Shown here: in pieces, positions 9,937 through 19,954 of the stretch
Position numbering within the stretch: the first letter of the stretch is position 1
Layout: every line of letters begins with the position of its first letter
DNA from: an uncultured Opitutia bacterium
GTDB lineage: Bacteria > Verrucomicrobiota > Verrucomicrobiia > Opitutales > Seribacteraceae
Direction of reading: 5' to 3'
Assembly: GCA_963934295.1 (NCBI GenBank)
Contig: CAWVXY010000004.1
Span: 56,049 to 120,048 of the forward strand
Length of the DNA stretch: 64,000 nt
Program-made: the position numbers and the translations under genes
The notes under the pieces: model-generated
Database searches by the model: none
Seen by the model: the letters and a program-made list of their open reading frames with translations, nothing else
What the model was told of the DNA's origin: nothing

Positions 9937-11316
9937 ATGCACATAATTGATACAAATAAAACTCGAATGTCTCGCCTTTCTTCCAGTAGTGCCGAGCTAT
10001 TTAAACAAGTTCAAACCCTTGACTGGGATGAACTGAAATCAGCGTTGAATGAATGTGTTTTTAAAAAGGATGCTGTCGGCTTACCCAATGAATACGGACC
10101 CGCTTCCTACTTTCCACTTGTTCCTGAAAGTCATGACCAGGAAGAGCTTTATGATCGGGCCTTTAAGCATGGCGAAGACATGATCCGTGCTGGTAAAACC
10201 GCTGCATTCACCGTTGCGGGTGGACAAGGTACGCGATTGGGGTACGAAGGTCCTAAAGGGACCCTCCCAGTTAGTCCAATTAAAAATAAACCACTCTTCC
10301 AACTCTTTGCCGAACAAATTCGCGGGATAGCGGAGAAGTATGAGGTCACAATTCCATGGTATATCATGTGCAGTCCTTTAAATTTGGAAGCAACGACCTC
10401 ACATTTTAAAAAAAATAATTACTACGGATTAGGAAAAGAAAATCTTCAATTCTTTACTCAGGGAGTCATGCCCGCAACTGACTTCGATGGAAATTTACTC
10501 CTAGCCTCTCAGGACAATCTCGCCCTCTCGCCCAACGGGCACGGCGGTTCCCTAAAAGCGCTGATTGATTCCGGTTCGATTACCGATATGGCACAGCGTG
10601 GCGTTGAACATGTGTCCTATTTCCAAGTGGACAACCCCCTGGTCAGCATAATCAATCCCCTCTTTATCGGACTACATGATTTACAGACTTCCGATATGTC
10701 CAGCCGCTCACTTACCAAAACCGGACCATTTGAAAAACTGGGTAACTTTGTTTCGACCGGAGACCGGATTTCAATAATCGAATATTCCGATTTACCTGAG
10801 GAAAAAGCCCTTGAAAAAGAAGAGGATGGACGAATCAAATACCGAGCAGGAAGTCCGGCAATTCATATTCTTCGCCGAGATTTTATCGAACAGTTTGCCA
10901 GTGGGGAAATTAAACTGCCCTACCATAGAGCGGAAAAAAAAGTCGCACATTTAAACGAAAACGGAGATCTTGTAACTCCGGAAAAACCCAATGCCGTTAA
11001 ATTTGAAACCTTTGTATTCGACGCCCTCCCCTTAGCCAAAAATCCGCTCATTTTAGAAGCGGATCGACTCGAAGAATTTTCCCCGGTTAAGAATAAAACA
11101 GGAATCGATTCGCTTGAAAGTTCGCGATCTGATCAAAGTAAGCGGGCCAGACGCTGGCTTGAAAAGGCCGGATACACAGTCAGTGAAGAATCCACCGTTG
11201 AGATTAGTCCCCGTACCTTTCCTTCCGCACTCGATCTACAGGGTGCTGACCTGCAACAATACGACCTCGACTCGAAAATCATTTACTTGGGTGACGAAAT
11301 TCGAGCAGATGAATAA
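9937..11316 (+). CDS. UDP-sugar / UDP-N-acetylglucosamine pyrophosphorylase (UDPGP family, UAP1-like)
   Basis: FTVAGGQGTRLGYEGPKG nucleotide-binding loop. PNGHGG and YFQVDNPL blocks are characteristic of the UTP--hexose-1-phosphate uridylyltransferase family. An alternative ATG lies at 9967. Confidence 0.8.
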   Translation: MHIIDTNKTRMSRLSSSSAELFKQVQTLDWDELKSALNECVFKKDAVGLPNEYGPASYFPLVPESHDQEELYDRAFKHGEDMIRAGKTAAFTVAGGQGTRLGYEGPKGTLPVSPIKNKPLFQLFAEQIRGIAEKYEVTIPWYIMCSPLNLEATTSHFKKNNYYGLGKENLQFFTQGVMPATDFDGNLLLASQDNLALSPNGHGGSLKALIDSGSITDMAQRGVEHVSYFQVDNPLVSIINPLFIGLHDLQTSDMSSRSLTKTGPFEKLGNFVSTGDRISIIEYSDLPEEKALEKEEDGRIKYRAGSPAIHILRRDFIEQFASGEIKLPYHRAEKKVAHLNENGDLVTPEKPNAVKFETFVFDALPLAKNPLILEADRLEEFSPVKNKTGIDSLESSRSDQSKRARRWLEKAGYTVSEESTVEISPRTFPSALDLQGADLQQYDLDSKIIYLGDEIRADE

Positions 11317-11328
11317 ATATTGGGCCTC

Positions 11329-12510
11329 TTACCAAAAGAAGGACAAGCTTGCCTGCAGATAATCGTCGCGCTTTACCTGTTCAAGAAAACTGCCGGATCT
11401 GGGACTCACCAGAAAATTACCCTCTAAAGTCCATTTCCAGTTTTCATTAATGCGCCGAGTTGACTCAAGGAACGCATTATTCATTCGTCCAGTTTGGTGG
11501 TCAAAGATAGTCCCAATCAGTAACTCAAATCCATTTTCATCATTCAATGCCACCCGTGAACCCAGAAAGGTCGCATTATCCAATCCGCTTCCAGCAAGCT
11601 CTTTGCGATCGTCATAAAGGTATTCATAAAGAAAGCCCACATCCATGCCTCTGTGAACATTGGCAAAAGTGTATTCAAATCCGGTTACTGAAGCCCAGTA
11701 GTTTCCATTCAGGTCACTGTGCTTGGATAAGACTTCGGCTTTGAGCAGCCAGTCGCTAATTGTGTACTGTATTTCGAGACTGGCTTGCCTGGCCTGTCCA
11801 TAAACCGGTTTAAGTGTGGTTCCATCTGCATTCTTATACAATCGCGGTTCCCGATCAGTTCCCTCGAAATAGGATAAAGCCCAATCCAGTTCATCCATGT
11901 AGTGAGACCAGCGAAAAGCAGCATCGAGATGATTGTTGCCATTACCGCTGAGATAGCTTGCGGTTTCCATATTTACAACCGGACTGCCTCGAAACCGCCC
12001 GTCAATTCCCGAAAAAGTCCGTTCTCGAAAATAAGGAAGCAGAAATATTTCAAAATTTCCAAATTCATTTACATAGGCAATATTGATCATGGGTTGCCCC
12101 AATTTATCTTCCCCATCTGGACTCTCCACGAGGTCAGTCTGGTTAATCACATCAACCAAATGCTGGCTCTCCGTCACTCCCCAGAAAACCTTACTGATCC
12201 CTACCCGAAGTTCAATCAGGTCCCAACTACCAAGGAAACTCAGTTCGCGAATATCAACATGGCTACGCTTATTATCAAGACTACTGTAGCGCACAAAGGG
12301 TTCGAAAGTGAAAACCTTTCTGTCCTCATCCCATGCAATTACGTATTCAGGTTGTATGATAATTGATAGGTCCACTCTATCACTGTTTTCATGTGCTCCT
12401 TCGTGAAAATAACCCCGGGGTTCAAAAGAGAGTTCACCGGAAAATTCCCCGGAAAATGCTGTCGACCTGCAAACCAGGCACAGAATTACAATTGTTTGAA
12501 AGGAAACCAA
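11329..12510 (-). CDS. Putative outer-membrane beta-barrel protein (uncharacterised), third gene of the RND/LolA-like module
   Basis: Only a TTG start is available (12508-12510), 2 nt after the upstream stop. Signal-like N-terminus VSFQTIVILCLVCRSTAFS. Alternating hydrophobic/polar strands throughout. The aromatic C-terminus ...ASLSFFW is typical of BAM substrates. Confidence 0.45.
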   Translation of the reverse strand: MVSFQTIVILCLVCRSTAFSGEFSGELSFEPRGYFHEGAHENSDRVDLSIIIQPEYVIAWDEDRKVFTFEPFVRYSSLDNKRSHVDIRELSFLGSWDLIELRVGISKVFWGVTESQHLVDVINQTDLVESPDGEDKLGQPMINIAYVNEFGNFEIFLLPYFRERTFSGIDGRFRGSPVVNMETASYLSGNGNNHLDAAFRWSHYMDELDWALSYFEGTDREPRLYKNADGTTLKPVYGQARQASLEIQYTISDWLLKAEVLSKHSDLNGNYWASVTGFEYTFANVHRGMDVGFLYEYLYDDRKELAGSGLDNATFLGSRVALNDENGFELLIGTIFDHQTGRMNNAFLESTRRINENWKWTLEGNFLVSPRSGSFLEQVKRDDYLQASLSFFW

Positions 12511-12512
12511 TT

Positions 12513-13316
12513 TTATCGTGCCCTTTTCAGGGCATTCTGATCGAAATCCCGTTCCGTAAGATCCTGTTCGAATTTTATGTTACTCCAAATTAGTTGAGTG
12601 CTCTTTCCGGACTGATGATTAGTCATCTCCATCCGACTGGAGCGCCATTTTTTATTCGAATATTGCTTGTAGTCTTCAAAATTCAGGGTTTTCAGTTTTT
12701 CCCCTTTTCGGTCATAAAACTCAATCTTACCAATTCGCCAATTTGCTGCATCGACCCATACGACTTGTTTGGTGTAGCCAGACTTGGGATCTACCGGTAC
12801 CCGTTCAATCACATGACCCTCCGATCCCATCACCGATTCTTCACGAATGTATTCGTAGCTATACTTTTCCACTTCCTGACTTGATATGTCTTCATATGCA
12901 AATTCGCTGCCCATAAAAGGACCCGATTTGTTATTGGATGAAATTCGTTTTACCCGTTTCAATGCAGGTAGAAAGAGCCATTGGTCATCCGGTTCAAGTG
13001 CGTGAGTGAAACTTAGAAATGCGGTTCCCTTCACATCCCGGGGAGAACTGAAAATAGTCAGTGATTTATCGCCATCTCCATCGACTTCGAGAGATTTGAT
13101 GGTCATACGCCGGATGGACTCCTGTCCCTGCTTGTTTCGTAGTGTCATGGTTGCCTCGGAGACTTGATTGACAAAACCCTCATCTTCCCGATCGATTTGT
13201 CGGGCCACCCAGAGCCCTCTTTCCTCCTTCGGAACCGTCTCCTGACCCAAAGCTCCGGTACCTGAAAAAGAAAAGACCACAAGGACGAGGATAATGTTTA
13301 ACTGAAATAATTTCAT
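12513..13316 (-). CDS. Outer membrane lipoprotein-sorting protein (LolA-like family)
   Basis: Signal peptide. The motif ...GTAFLSFTHALEPDDQWLFLPALKRVKRISS matches the block I associate with LolA_like proteins that accompany MMPL/RND exporters. The start overlaps the RND stop (ATGA, 13313-13316). Confidence 0.65.
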   Translation of the reverse strand: MKLFQLNIILVLVVFSFSGTGALGQETVPKEERGLWVARQIDREDEGFVNQVSEATMTLRNKQGQESIRRMTIKSLEVDGDGDKSLTIFSSPRDVKGTAFLSFTHALEPDDQWLFLPALKRVKRISSNNKSGPFMGSEFAYEDISSQEVEKYSYEYIREESVMGSEGHVIERVPVDPKSGYTKQVVWVDAANWRIGKIEFYDRKGEKLKTLNFEDYKQYSNKKWRSSRMEMTNHQSGKSTQLIWSNIKFEQDLTERDFDQNALKRAR

Positions 13317-15655
13317 TGCGTGTTCGATTTTGATTGTTTGTTCGAAATTGTTTTTTGATCCCCGCTCAAGCTTAACACGGCGGGAAGGAGGGTAAAGTCA
13401 ATCAAAAGAGCCAAGGCAATCGTCAGGGCAGAAAGTGCACCCAAAATATAATTCATCTTAAATTCTGACAACATCAGCACGGCAAACCCAATTACTAAGA
13501 TTGCACTGGTCACGACCAAGGCACCTCCGACATTCTCGAAAGCGTATTGAACCGATTCATCCACCCCAAGCCCCTTCTCTCGTCTGGCTAAATTGAATTT
13601 GGTCAGAAAATGAACCGAGTCATCCACCACAATCCCCAAAGTAACTGATCCCACGATCGCAATAGTGAACCCCGCCTCGCCCACAAATATTGACCATACG
13701 CCGTATCCCAGGATGATTGGGACCAGGTTAGGAATAAGAGAAAGAAGTCCGTATTTCACGCTACCCAAAGCTACCATCATAACCACGGTAATTAATCCAA
13801 AGGCCAGAAGCGTGCCTTTAACCATGGCGACCACATTACGATGTGAAATATGGCTGAACATAATAACAGGGGAACTTGCGAGTGTGTGCATACTTTCCGG
13901 ACAATTCTTCTTCAGCCAATTCTCAGCCCTGGTCACTATTTCAATTATTTCCGAAGTGGTCACAAATCCAAGGTTGGCAGTCATTCTGGTGGAGGATTTA
14001 TCGACATCGACCTGGTTATTTAAATCCAAACCGTACGGCAAACTCATTTCATAAAGCAGAAGATATTGAGCGGCCAGATCACGGGCTTCCGGAAGTTTGT
14101 AATAAGATTCCTCATCCGCATGCATATTCTTATTCAGCCTTTTGAATACATCCGTGATACTGTTTACATGGGTGACCATACGCTCATTACGTAAGAAATT
14201 GGCAAATTCTTCCACTTTTTTTAGAAAAGCGGGGTCTGCGATCCCCTGGGACTCTCCCGAACTGAGATCAAAATTAATCTGATAAATCCCGGTTAGATTT
14301 TTCATGGTGTAGTCCGAATCGATTCGGAAGTTATTGTCCTTCGAGAAGTATCCAATAAACTCATCATTCAATTCAATCTTGGGAATTTGTAAGCCGATCA
14401 GGATAGTCGCGATCGAACTGATCATTGCAATTGATTTTCTACGACCGGTTACCCATGAACCAACATGTGTTCCCCATGGGTTAGAAATTTTATTGGATTT
14501 CCTCACTTTCAGGGGGAGGAGCGTGATCATTGCCGGTAAAACGGTAACCGATAAGATAAAAGCCATGGCTACCCCCACCGAGGTTATGTTACCCAAATCA
14601 TGAAAAGGAGGAGTGTCTGAAAAATTGAGGGATAAAAATCCCACAATTGTGGTGGCACTGGTAAGAAAAACCGGTTTCAGGTTTACCCGCAAACCCTCCA
14701 CGACCGCATCACGCTTGGTATTTCCTTTCTGCAGAGCCACCAGAATGGATTTCAAAATATGAATCGAATCTGCAATCGCCAGGGTCATAATTACCACCGG
14801 AGCGATGGAAGAGGGTGGCGTGATTGGCGTTCCCATCCAACCCGCGAAACCCATACCGCCAATGATAGATAACAGCATTACAATAAAAGTGGCAAAGACC
14901 GCTGATATCGAACGAAGAAGAACAAACATTATTAAGATTATTACTCCATACATCGCAGGAGTGAGTGTGGTCATATCCTTCACGCCCGCTTCATTGAAAG
15001 CATTGTTCAACATCGTGTCTCCGGAAAGATGAACTTCATGTCCGGGGTACTTTTTCTTAAACTCATCCACAAGCTTACGGGCCTCCGCCACTGCCTCGGG
15101 AATTTCCATTGAATGCTTACCCGGGAAGGTCATAAGCACATTAACCGAGGTAACACTCGCATCCGCATTGATTGATAATCCCTTGAGCAAAGGTTCGTTT
15201 AATGCAATCTCCCTTAACTTTTCATAGGACACCTTATTTTCAAGATCCGATAATTCTTCCGGAGTAACCAGGTCCTTGACAATTAAATCATCCCCTTCCG
15301 CATAGGTGTGCTGAAAGTTGGTAATTGAATCTACCCTCCTTGAGTAAGGTAACTGCCATGCCTGTTCGGTTAAAAAATGAATGCCAGACAATGTATTCTT
15401 TTTAAACACGTTTCCATCCTTTGGGGTGATGACAAATAATGCAGAATCGTCTTTGCTGTATACATTTTGTAACTTTTCGAAGGCCAAGCGCTGGGGATTG
15501 TCCTCCCCAAAAAAATAACGGTAATCACTGCTTATGGTTATAAACTGTCCGCCGTAGCCAAGCCCCAAGGCTAAAAGAACTCCGCAGGTAATAAAAACAA
15601 TTGGATATCGAGTTACCCATTCCGCCCACCGTTTAGAAAATGTCTCTTTTTTCAT
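13313..15655 (-). CDS. RND-superfamily / MMPL-type exporter (two 6-TM bundles with two periplasmic loops)
   Basis: About 780 aa with two repeated hydrophobic halves (…AMYGVIILIMFVLLRS… and …GLITVVMMVALGS…), each preceded by a large soluble loop. I chose the ATG at 15655 (MKKETFSKRW) over the TTG at 15670 used in the ORF track. Confidence 0.8.
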   Translation of the reverse strand: MKKETFSKRWAEWVTRYPIVFITCGVLLALGLGYGGQFITISSDYRYFFGEDNPQRLAFEKLQNVYSKDDSALFVITPKDGNVFKKNTLSGIHFLTEQAWQLPYSRRVDSITNFQHTYAEGDDLIVKDLVTPEELSDLENKVSYEKLREIALNEPLLKGLSINADASVTSVNVLMTFPGKHSMEIPEAVAEARKLVDEFKKKYPGHEVHLSGDTMLNNAFNEAGVKDMTTLTPAMYGVIILIMFVLLRSISAVFATFIVMLLSIIGGMGFAGWMGTPITPPSSIAPVVIMTLAIADSIHILKSILVALQKGNTKRDAVVEGLRVNLKPVFLTSATTIVGFLSLNFSDTPPFHDLGNITSVGVAMAFILSVTVLPAMITLLPLKVRKSNKISNPWGTHVGSWVTGRRKSIAMISSIATILIGLQIPKIELNDEFIGYFSKDNNFRIDSDYTMKNLTGIYQINFDLSSGESQGIADPAFLKKVEEFANFLRNERMVTHVNSITDVFKRLNKNMHADEESYYKLPEARDLAAQYLLLYEMSLPYGLDLNNQVDVDKSSTRMTANLGFVTTSEIIEIVTRAENWLKKNCPESMHTLASSPVIMFSHISHRNVVAMVKGTLLAFGLITVVMMVALGSVKYGLLSLIPNLVPIILGYGVWSIFVGEAGFTIAIVGSVTLGIVVDDSVHFLTKFNLARREKGLGVDESVQYAFENVGGALVVTSAILVIGFAVLMLSEFKMNYILGALSALTIALALLIDFTLLPAVLSLSGDQKTISNKQSKSNTQ

Positions 15656-15911
15656 GCCTTTAAGACACAAGGCGGATAATCCTCCAGCGCAATTATAGTA
15701 CCTGTCTTGTCAGAGAATTGCAGGGGATTAAAGTATAGCGAACTCAGTTTTGCAGACATAGTGTTGATGAATTATAATATTTGTTTTTTAATTTCGACTC
15801 AACTTACGCGGATGTAGGGACGGGTCAAATTGAATAAACATCGTTCACGAAAGAATAACTTTTCCAACCCTTTGAGTTGCCAGATTATCAAAATAATCTA
15901 ATAAAATATTT

Positions 15912-16793
15912 ATGTCTAAATTTTTCCTCACTTCTCTACTTTACCTACTCTATTCGAGCCTTAGCTTTGCCCAAAAGATTGAACCTACCTACGGTCAGGT
16001 CTCCTACGGGCCACATCAAGACATGACCCTGAACTTTTGGAAAGTTAAAGGCAAAAAACCGACTCCCCTCCTTGTCCATATCCATGGAGGAAGCTGGCTC
16101 GGTGGAAAGAAGCTCGAAACCGCTAATGCAAATGAGTTAAAAAGAGGATACAGCTTTGCTTCGATCGACTATCGCCTGGCTGGTGTGGAACTTCTTCCTG
16201 CTGCTGTGCACGATGCTGCCCGGGCTATTCAATTCCTCAGGACTAAGGCTAAAGAATGGAATTTTGATCCAAATCGCATTGCCGTAATTGGCGGTTCAGC
16301 TGGAGCGGCATCCAGCCTTTGGCTTGCCTATCATGATGATATGGCCAATCCGAAGAGCGAGGATCCGATCCTTCGCCAATCATCACGGGTTTGCGGAGCT
16401 GTTGCGTGGGGCGGGCAAACGACTCTCGATCCATTTCTTCTCAAAAAGAAAATTGGTCCCGCATGCATTCAGCCTGGAATGATTTGGAAAACCGTGGGAG
16501 CTAAAAGTATTGAAGACCTCATGGAAAACTGGGGGCAATACAAAGCACTCTCCCTGGAATGCTCCCCCATTACCCATGTCTCCAAAGGTGACCCTCCTGT
16601 CTTTTTAAATTATGGAAAGCCCGCTCCCATTCCTGTAATCAAAGGTGACGGTATACATCATGCGGGATTTGGTCGCCTACTTAAAGAGAGATGCGAATCG
16701 GTCGGTATTGAATGCTATTTACAGGTAAAAGAGCATGAAGTACCAAAACTAACCAAAGACAATTTCCTTAAAAAGGTTTTTTTAATAGAATAA
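15912..16793 (+). CDS. Secreted alpha/beta hydrolase (esterase, Abhydrolase_3/BD-FAE-like)
   Basis: Signal peptide. VHIHGGSWLGG oxyanion-hole block and the IGGSAGA nucleophile elbow (G-x-S-x-G). Confidence 0.7.
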   Translation: MSKFFLTSLLYLLYSSLSFAQKIEPTYGQVSYGPHQDMTLNFWKVKGKKPTPLLVHIHGGSWLGGKKLETANANELKRGYSFASIDYRLAGVELLPAAVHDAARAIQFLRTKAKEWNFDPNRIAVIGGSAGAASSLWLAYHDDMANPKSEDPILRQSSRVCGAVAWGGQTTLDPFLLKKKIGPACIQPGMIWKTVGAKSIEDLMENWGQYKALSLECSPITHVSKGDPPVFLNYGKPAPIPVIKGDGIHHAGFGRLLKERCESVGIECYLQVKEHEVPKLTKDNFLKKVFLIE

Positions 16794-16962
16794 AATCAAC
16801 TTTTCTGGTTTGAAACAGACGATTGAATATTTTAGTTATTTTGGTCTTTAAAATTCATCTCAAAACAAAACCAGATTAAGCTACCCATTTTGCCTTCTTT
16901 CAATGAGTACCAATTTGAAAGAATTCTGTACTTCCTTAGACTTGTGTTTACTTCCAACAACC

Positions 16963-19794
16963 ATGAAACATATTCTCCCAACTTATTTAACATGCATCGC
17001 GTTAATCACATCTGGTATTAGTTTGCGTGCAAAACCATCCGCTTCACATAGCTTAATAATTGACAATTCAACAGGTTTATCTGTTCCTCCCGGGTTCGAA
17101 GCTGATCTTGTTTATAAAGTTGATAAAGAAAAGTATGGTTCGTGGATTTCGATGTCATTCGATCCAAAAGGACGATTAGTTGTCTCAGATCAGTACAAAG
17201 CCGGCACTTTTCTCATCAATCTTCCTAAAGTTGGGCAAACCCTTTCAGAATCATCTATCACAAAACTCCCCCTTGAAAGTGGTCAATGGGGAATGCTCTT
17301 TGCTTTCGATCATTTGTACATGGTATCTCAAAGCAAAGTTGTACGTATACCAGTTTCGGAAAATGGCGACTTTGGGAAAGAGGAAAAATTGTTCCAACTT
17401 TATGGGGGTAGCGAACACGGTCCGCACTCTTTAATTGTTACCGAGGATGGAAAAGGACTTTATCTCATTGCGGGAAATTTTGCCCGAACTCCAAGTTTCG
17501 AAAAATCTAGAATCCGTACGAATTGGAAGGATGATGTTCTCCTGGAAAACTATGCCTATGGGCACAACGGAAACGGTAAAGCACCAGGCGGATGGGTGCT
17601 CAAGTTTAACCCCGATGGATCAGATCGGGAAATGATCAATATGGGATACCGCAATCCATGCGATTTCGCACTGAACCGCGATGGTGAAATGTTTATTTAC
17701 GATGCGGATATGGAATGGGATATGGGAACCCCCTGGTATCGTCCAACCCGTATTAATCACGGAGTTTCCGGTGGAGAAAGTGGATGGCGTGCCACTTCTA
17801 AAAAATGGCGAAAATACTTTCCGGACACCATTGGATCAGTACTTGATATCGGACCCGGCAGTCCAACGGGAGTAATCGCAGGCACCAATGCCCGGTTCCC
17901 TACTCATTACCGGGATGCTCTGTTTTTGTGCGACTGGACATTCGCTACGATCTATTCCCTCCACCTCACTCCCAAAGGTTCATCCTACACCGGAGAAACC
18001 CGGACTTTTGTCACAAATATCGACGGATCCCTTCCCCTCACCGATGTCGATATAAGCCCAGAGGGGCATATGTATTTCTGTGTTGGAGGTAGAAAAGGAC
18101 AATCTTACCTTTATCGAGTCCGCTATGTAGGAAAAGAATCCACTGCTCTCTCAAAACTGGACACCACAAGCGAACACGCACAAGCAAGAAAGACCCGCCA
18201 CATGCTCGAATCCTTTCATGGTAAAGCTAATCCGCAAGCCATCCTAACCGCGTGGCCCTATCTTCAAAGTGAGGATTACCACCTACGCTATGCAGCACGT
18301 ATTGCGATCGAGTGGCAGGATCCCAAAAACTGGGCAGACCAAGCCTATAAAGAAAATAATGATCTATCTGCCATTCACGCACTTCTTGGTCTCGCCCGAT
18401 GCGATCATTCCAACAGCATGGAACCAAGTGTTAACCGGTTGCTCAAAGTAAACTTTTCCAAATTAGATAAAACTGCCAAGCTTGCTCTACTCCGTACTTA
18501 TTCTGTAATTATGAGTCGCGCCGGGAAACCCAGCCAATCTCAAATGGATGCCATCGGGAAACAATTGGATCCCTATTACCCAAGCGAGAACGACAATTTA
18601 AATGAGGAACTCTGCCGTGTACTGTCTTTCCTCCAACACCCCACTGTAGTGAGAAAGACAATCGCCTTGTTGAAAACAACCAAGGCCCAGATCCCTGACT
18701 TCGATCCTGAAATAATGAAACGGGGAAACAATTACGGGAAAAGAATCCTAACTACCATGAATGAGGAAGTGTCTCCCAATATCCTCAACATTCACTACCT
18801 CTTCTGCCTGAAAGATGTGACCAAGGGATGGTCGATGGAAGAACGCAAATCTTACCTTGGAGAACTCAAGGAATTACTCTCCAAAAAAGGAGGACATTAT
18901 TTCTCGGGTTATTTACAAAAGATACGCGAATCGGCCATCGCAAATGTTCCCGAAAAGGACAGGTTCGCCCTTAAATATTTAACCGGTGAAATCAAAGGTA
19001 TTGACCTGGCATCACTTCCTCGGGCTCAAGGCCCAGGGGTGGCATGGACTGTTGATTCTGCGTTAGAAACTTTAAACAAGGAACCCCTGGTAGGACGAAG
19101 TCATGCAAATGGTAAAAAAATGTTCTCTGCTGGTCTTTGTATTGCCTGCCACAGGTTCGGGGACGAAGGTGGTGGAGTAGGACCCGACCTGACTAACCTG
19201 GCAAAGCGGAGTGACTATAAATCTATGCTCGAATCGACCATTCACCCAAACATGGTGGTATCGAATCAGTTTGAACAGCATGAACTTACCATGAAAGACG
19301 GCTCTTTGGTTATAGGTAAAATCGTCTCGGAAGAAAAGGATCACTACTCACTTGTCCAATCCGGTCTCCAACCCATGACTTTCACCCAGGTTGAAATATC
19401 CAAAGTGGCATCGAAGAAAGGATCCAAAATTTCCATGATGCCCGGGGGCTTGATCAATTCCATGAATGCAGATGAATTAAAGGATTTGATCGCCTATTTT
19501 GTTTCCGCCGGTGATCCTAAACACAAGGTCTTTCGTTCAACCAAAAAACTGGCCATTGAGCTTATTCGTGCGGTTTACGGGCAGGAAGGAAACCCGGAAA
19601 AACAAATGATGGTTCAATCGATTATTCAAAATAAAATTAATCAAAGAGAATATGAGTTTGTCATGAACAACCAAATTGCAGGAGCAGATCCAGCAAACGG
19701 TGTGGTCAAGGTTCTTGAGCTCAGTTATAAGCTCGACGGTAAAACCTTTTCTAAAAAGGTCCGGGAAAATCAGACCATATCTTTTTTGGACTAG
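16963..19794 (+). CDS. PVC-type beta-propeller 'membrane-bound dehydrogenase' domain - HEAT-like repeats - c-type heme-binding domain protein (paralog 1)
   Basis: The N-terminal propeller region (GYRNPCDFALNRDGEMFIYDADMEWD) resembles soluble glucose/sorbosone dehydrogenase folds. Helical repeats (HLRYAARIAIEW...). Heme motif CIACH at 19138-19152 followed by GGGVGPDLT. The start was chosen by alignment with paralog 2. The ORF track begins at the ATG at 16903. Confidence 0.75.
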   Translation: MKHILPTYLTCIALITSGISLRAKPSASHSLIIDNSTGLSVPPGFEADLVYKVDKEKYGSWISMSFDPKGRLVVSDQYKAGTFLINLPKVGQTLSESSITKLPLESGQWGMLFAFDHLYMVSQSKVVRIPVSENGDFGKEEKLFQLYGGSEHGPHSLIVTEDGKGLYLIAGNFARTPSFEKSRIRTNWKDDVLLENYAYGHNGNGKAPGGWVLKFNPDGSDREMINMGYRNPCDFALNRDGEMFIYDADMEWDMGTPWYRPTRINHGVSGGESGWRATSKKWRKYFPDTIGSVLDIGPGSPTGVIAGTNARFPTHYRDALFLCDWTFATIYSLHLTPKGSSYTGETRTFVTNIDGSLPLTDVDISPEGHMYFCVGGRKGQSYLYRVRYVGKESTALSKLDTTSEHAQARKTRHMLESFHGKANPQAILTAWPYLQSEDYHLRYAARIAIEWQDPKNWADQAYKENNDLSAIHALLGLARCDHSNSMEPSVNRLLKVNFSKLDKTAKLALLRTYSVIMSRAGKPSQSQMDAIGKQLDPYYPSENDNLNEELCRVLSFLQHPTVVRKTIALLKTTKAQIPDFDPEIMKRGNNYGKRILTTMNEEVSPNILNIHYLFCLKDVTKGWSMEERKSYLGELKELLSKKGGHYFSGYLQKIRESAIANVPEKDRFALKYLTGEIKGIDLASLPRAQGPGVAWTVDSALETLNKEPLVGRSHANGKKMFSAGLCIACHRFGDEGGGVGPDLTNLAKRSDYKSMLESTIHPNMVVSNQFEQHELTMKDGSLVIGKIVSEEKDHYSLVQSGLQPMTFTQVEISKVASKKGSKISMMPGGLINSMNADELKDLIAYFVSAGDPKHKVFRSTKKLAIELIRAVYGQEGNPEKQMMVQSIIQNKINQREYEFVMNNQIAGADPANGVVKVLELSYKLDGKTFSKKVRENQTISFLD

Positions 19795-19954
19795 ATTTTT
19801 TTATTACATATAACTTAGATCGACAAGTTTCTGTGTTGTCACCTACTTCCATTCTTTCAAGATTTATTGTCCAAGAAAATTGATTTTAAGCTTTTAGGAA
19901 CACACAAATTAAATAGTACTGAATTTATCATATATTACTTCCTGTTCTGCCATT

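Noticed and set aside
16903-16962. N-terminal extension MSTNLKEFCTSLDLCLLPTT of paralog 1, with similar ORF-track extensions at 15656-15670, 25741-25794, 50687-50701 and 52241-52300
   Set aside because: In each case an internal ATG is immediately followed by a typical signal peptide. For paralog 1 that ATG also aligns with the start of paralog 2. The 15670 and 25794 extensions start at TTG, while those at 16903, 50701 and 52300 start at ATG, and all add non-signal residues. The true starts remain unverified.
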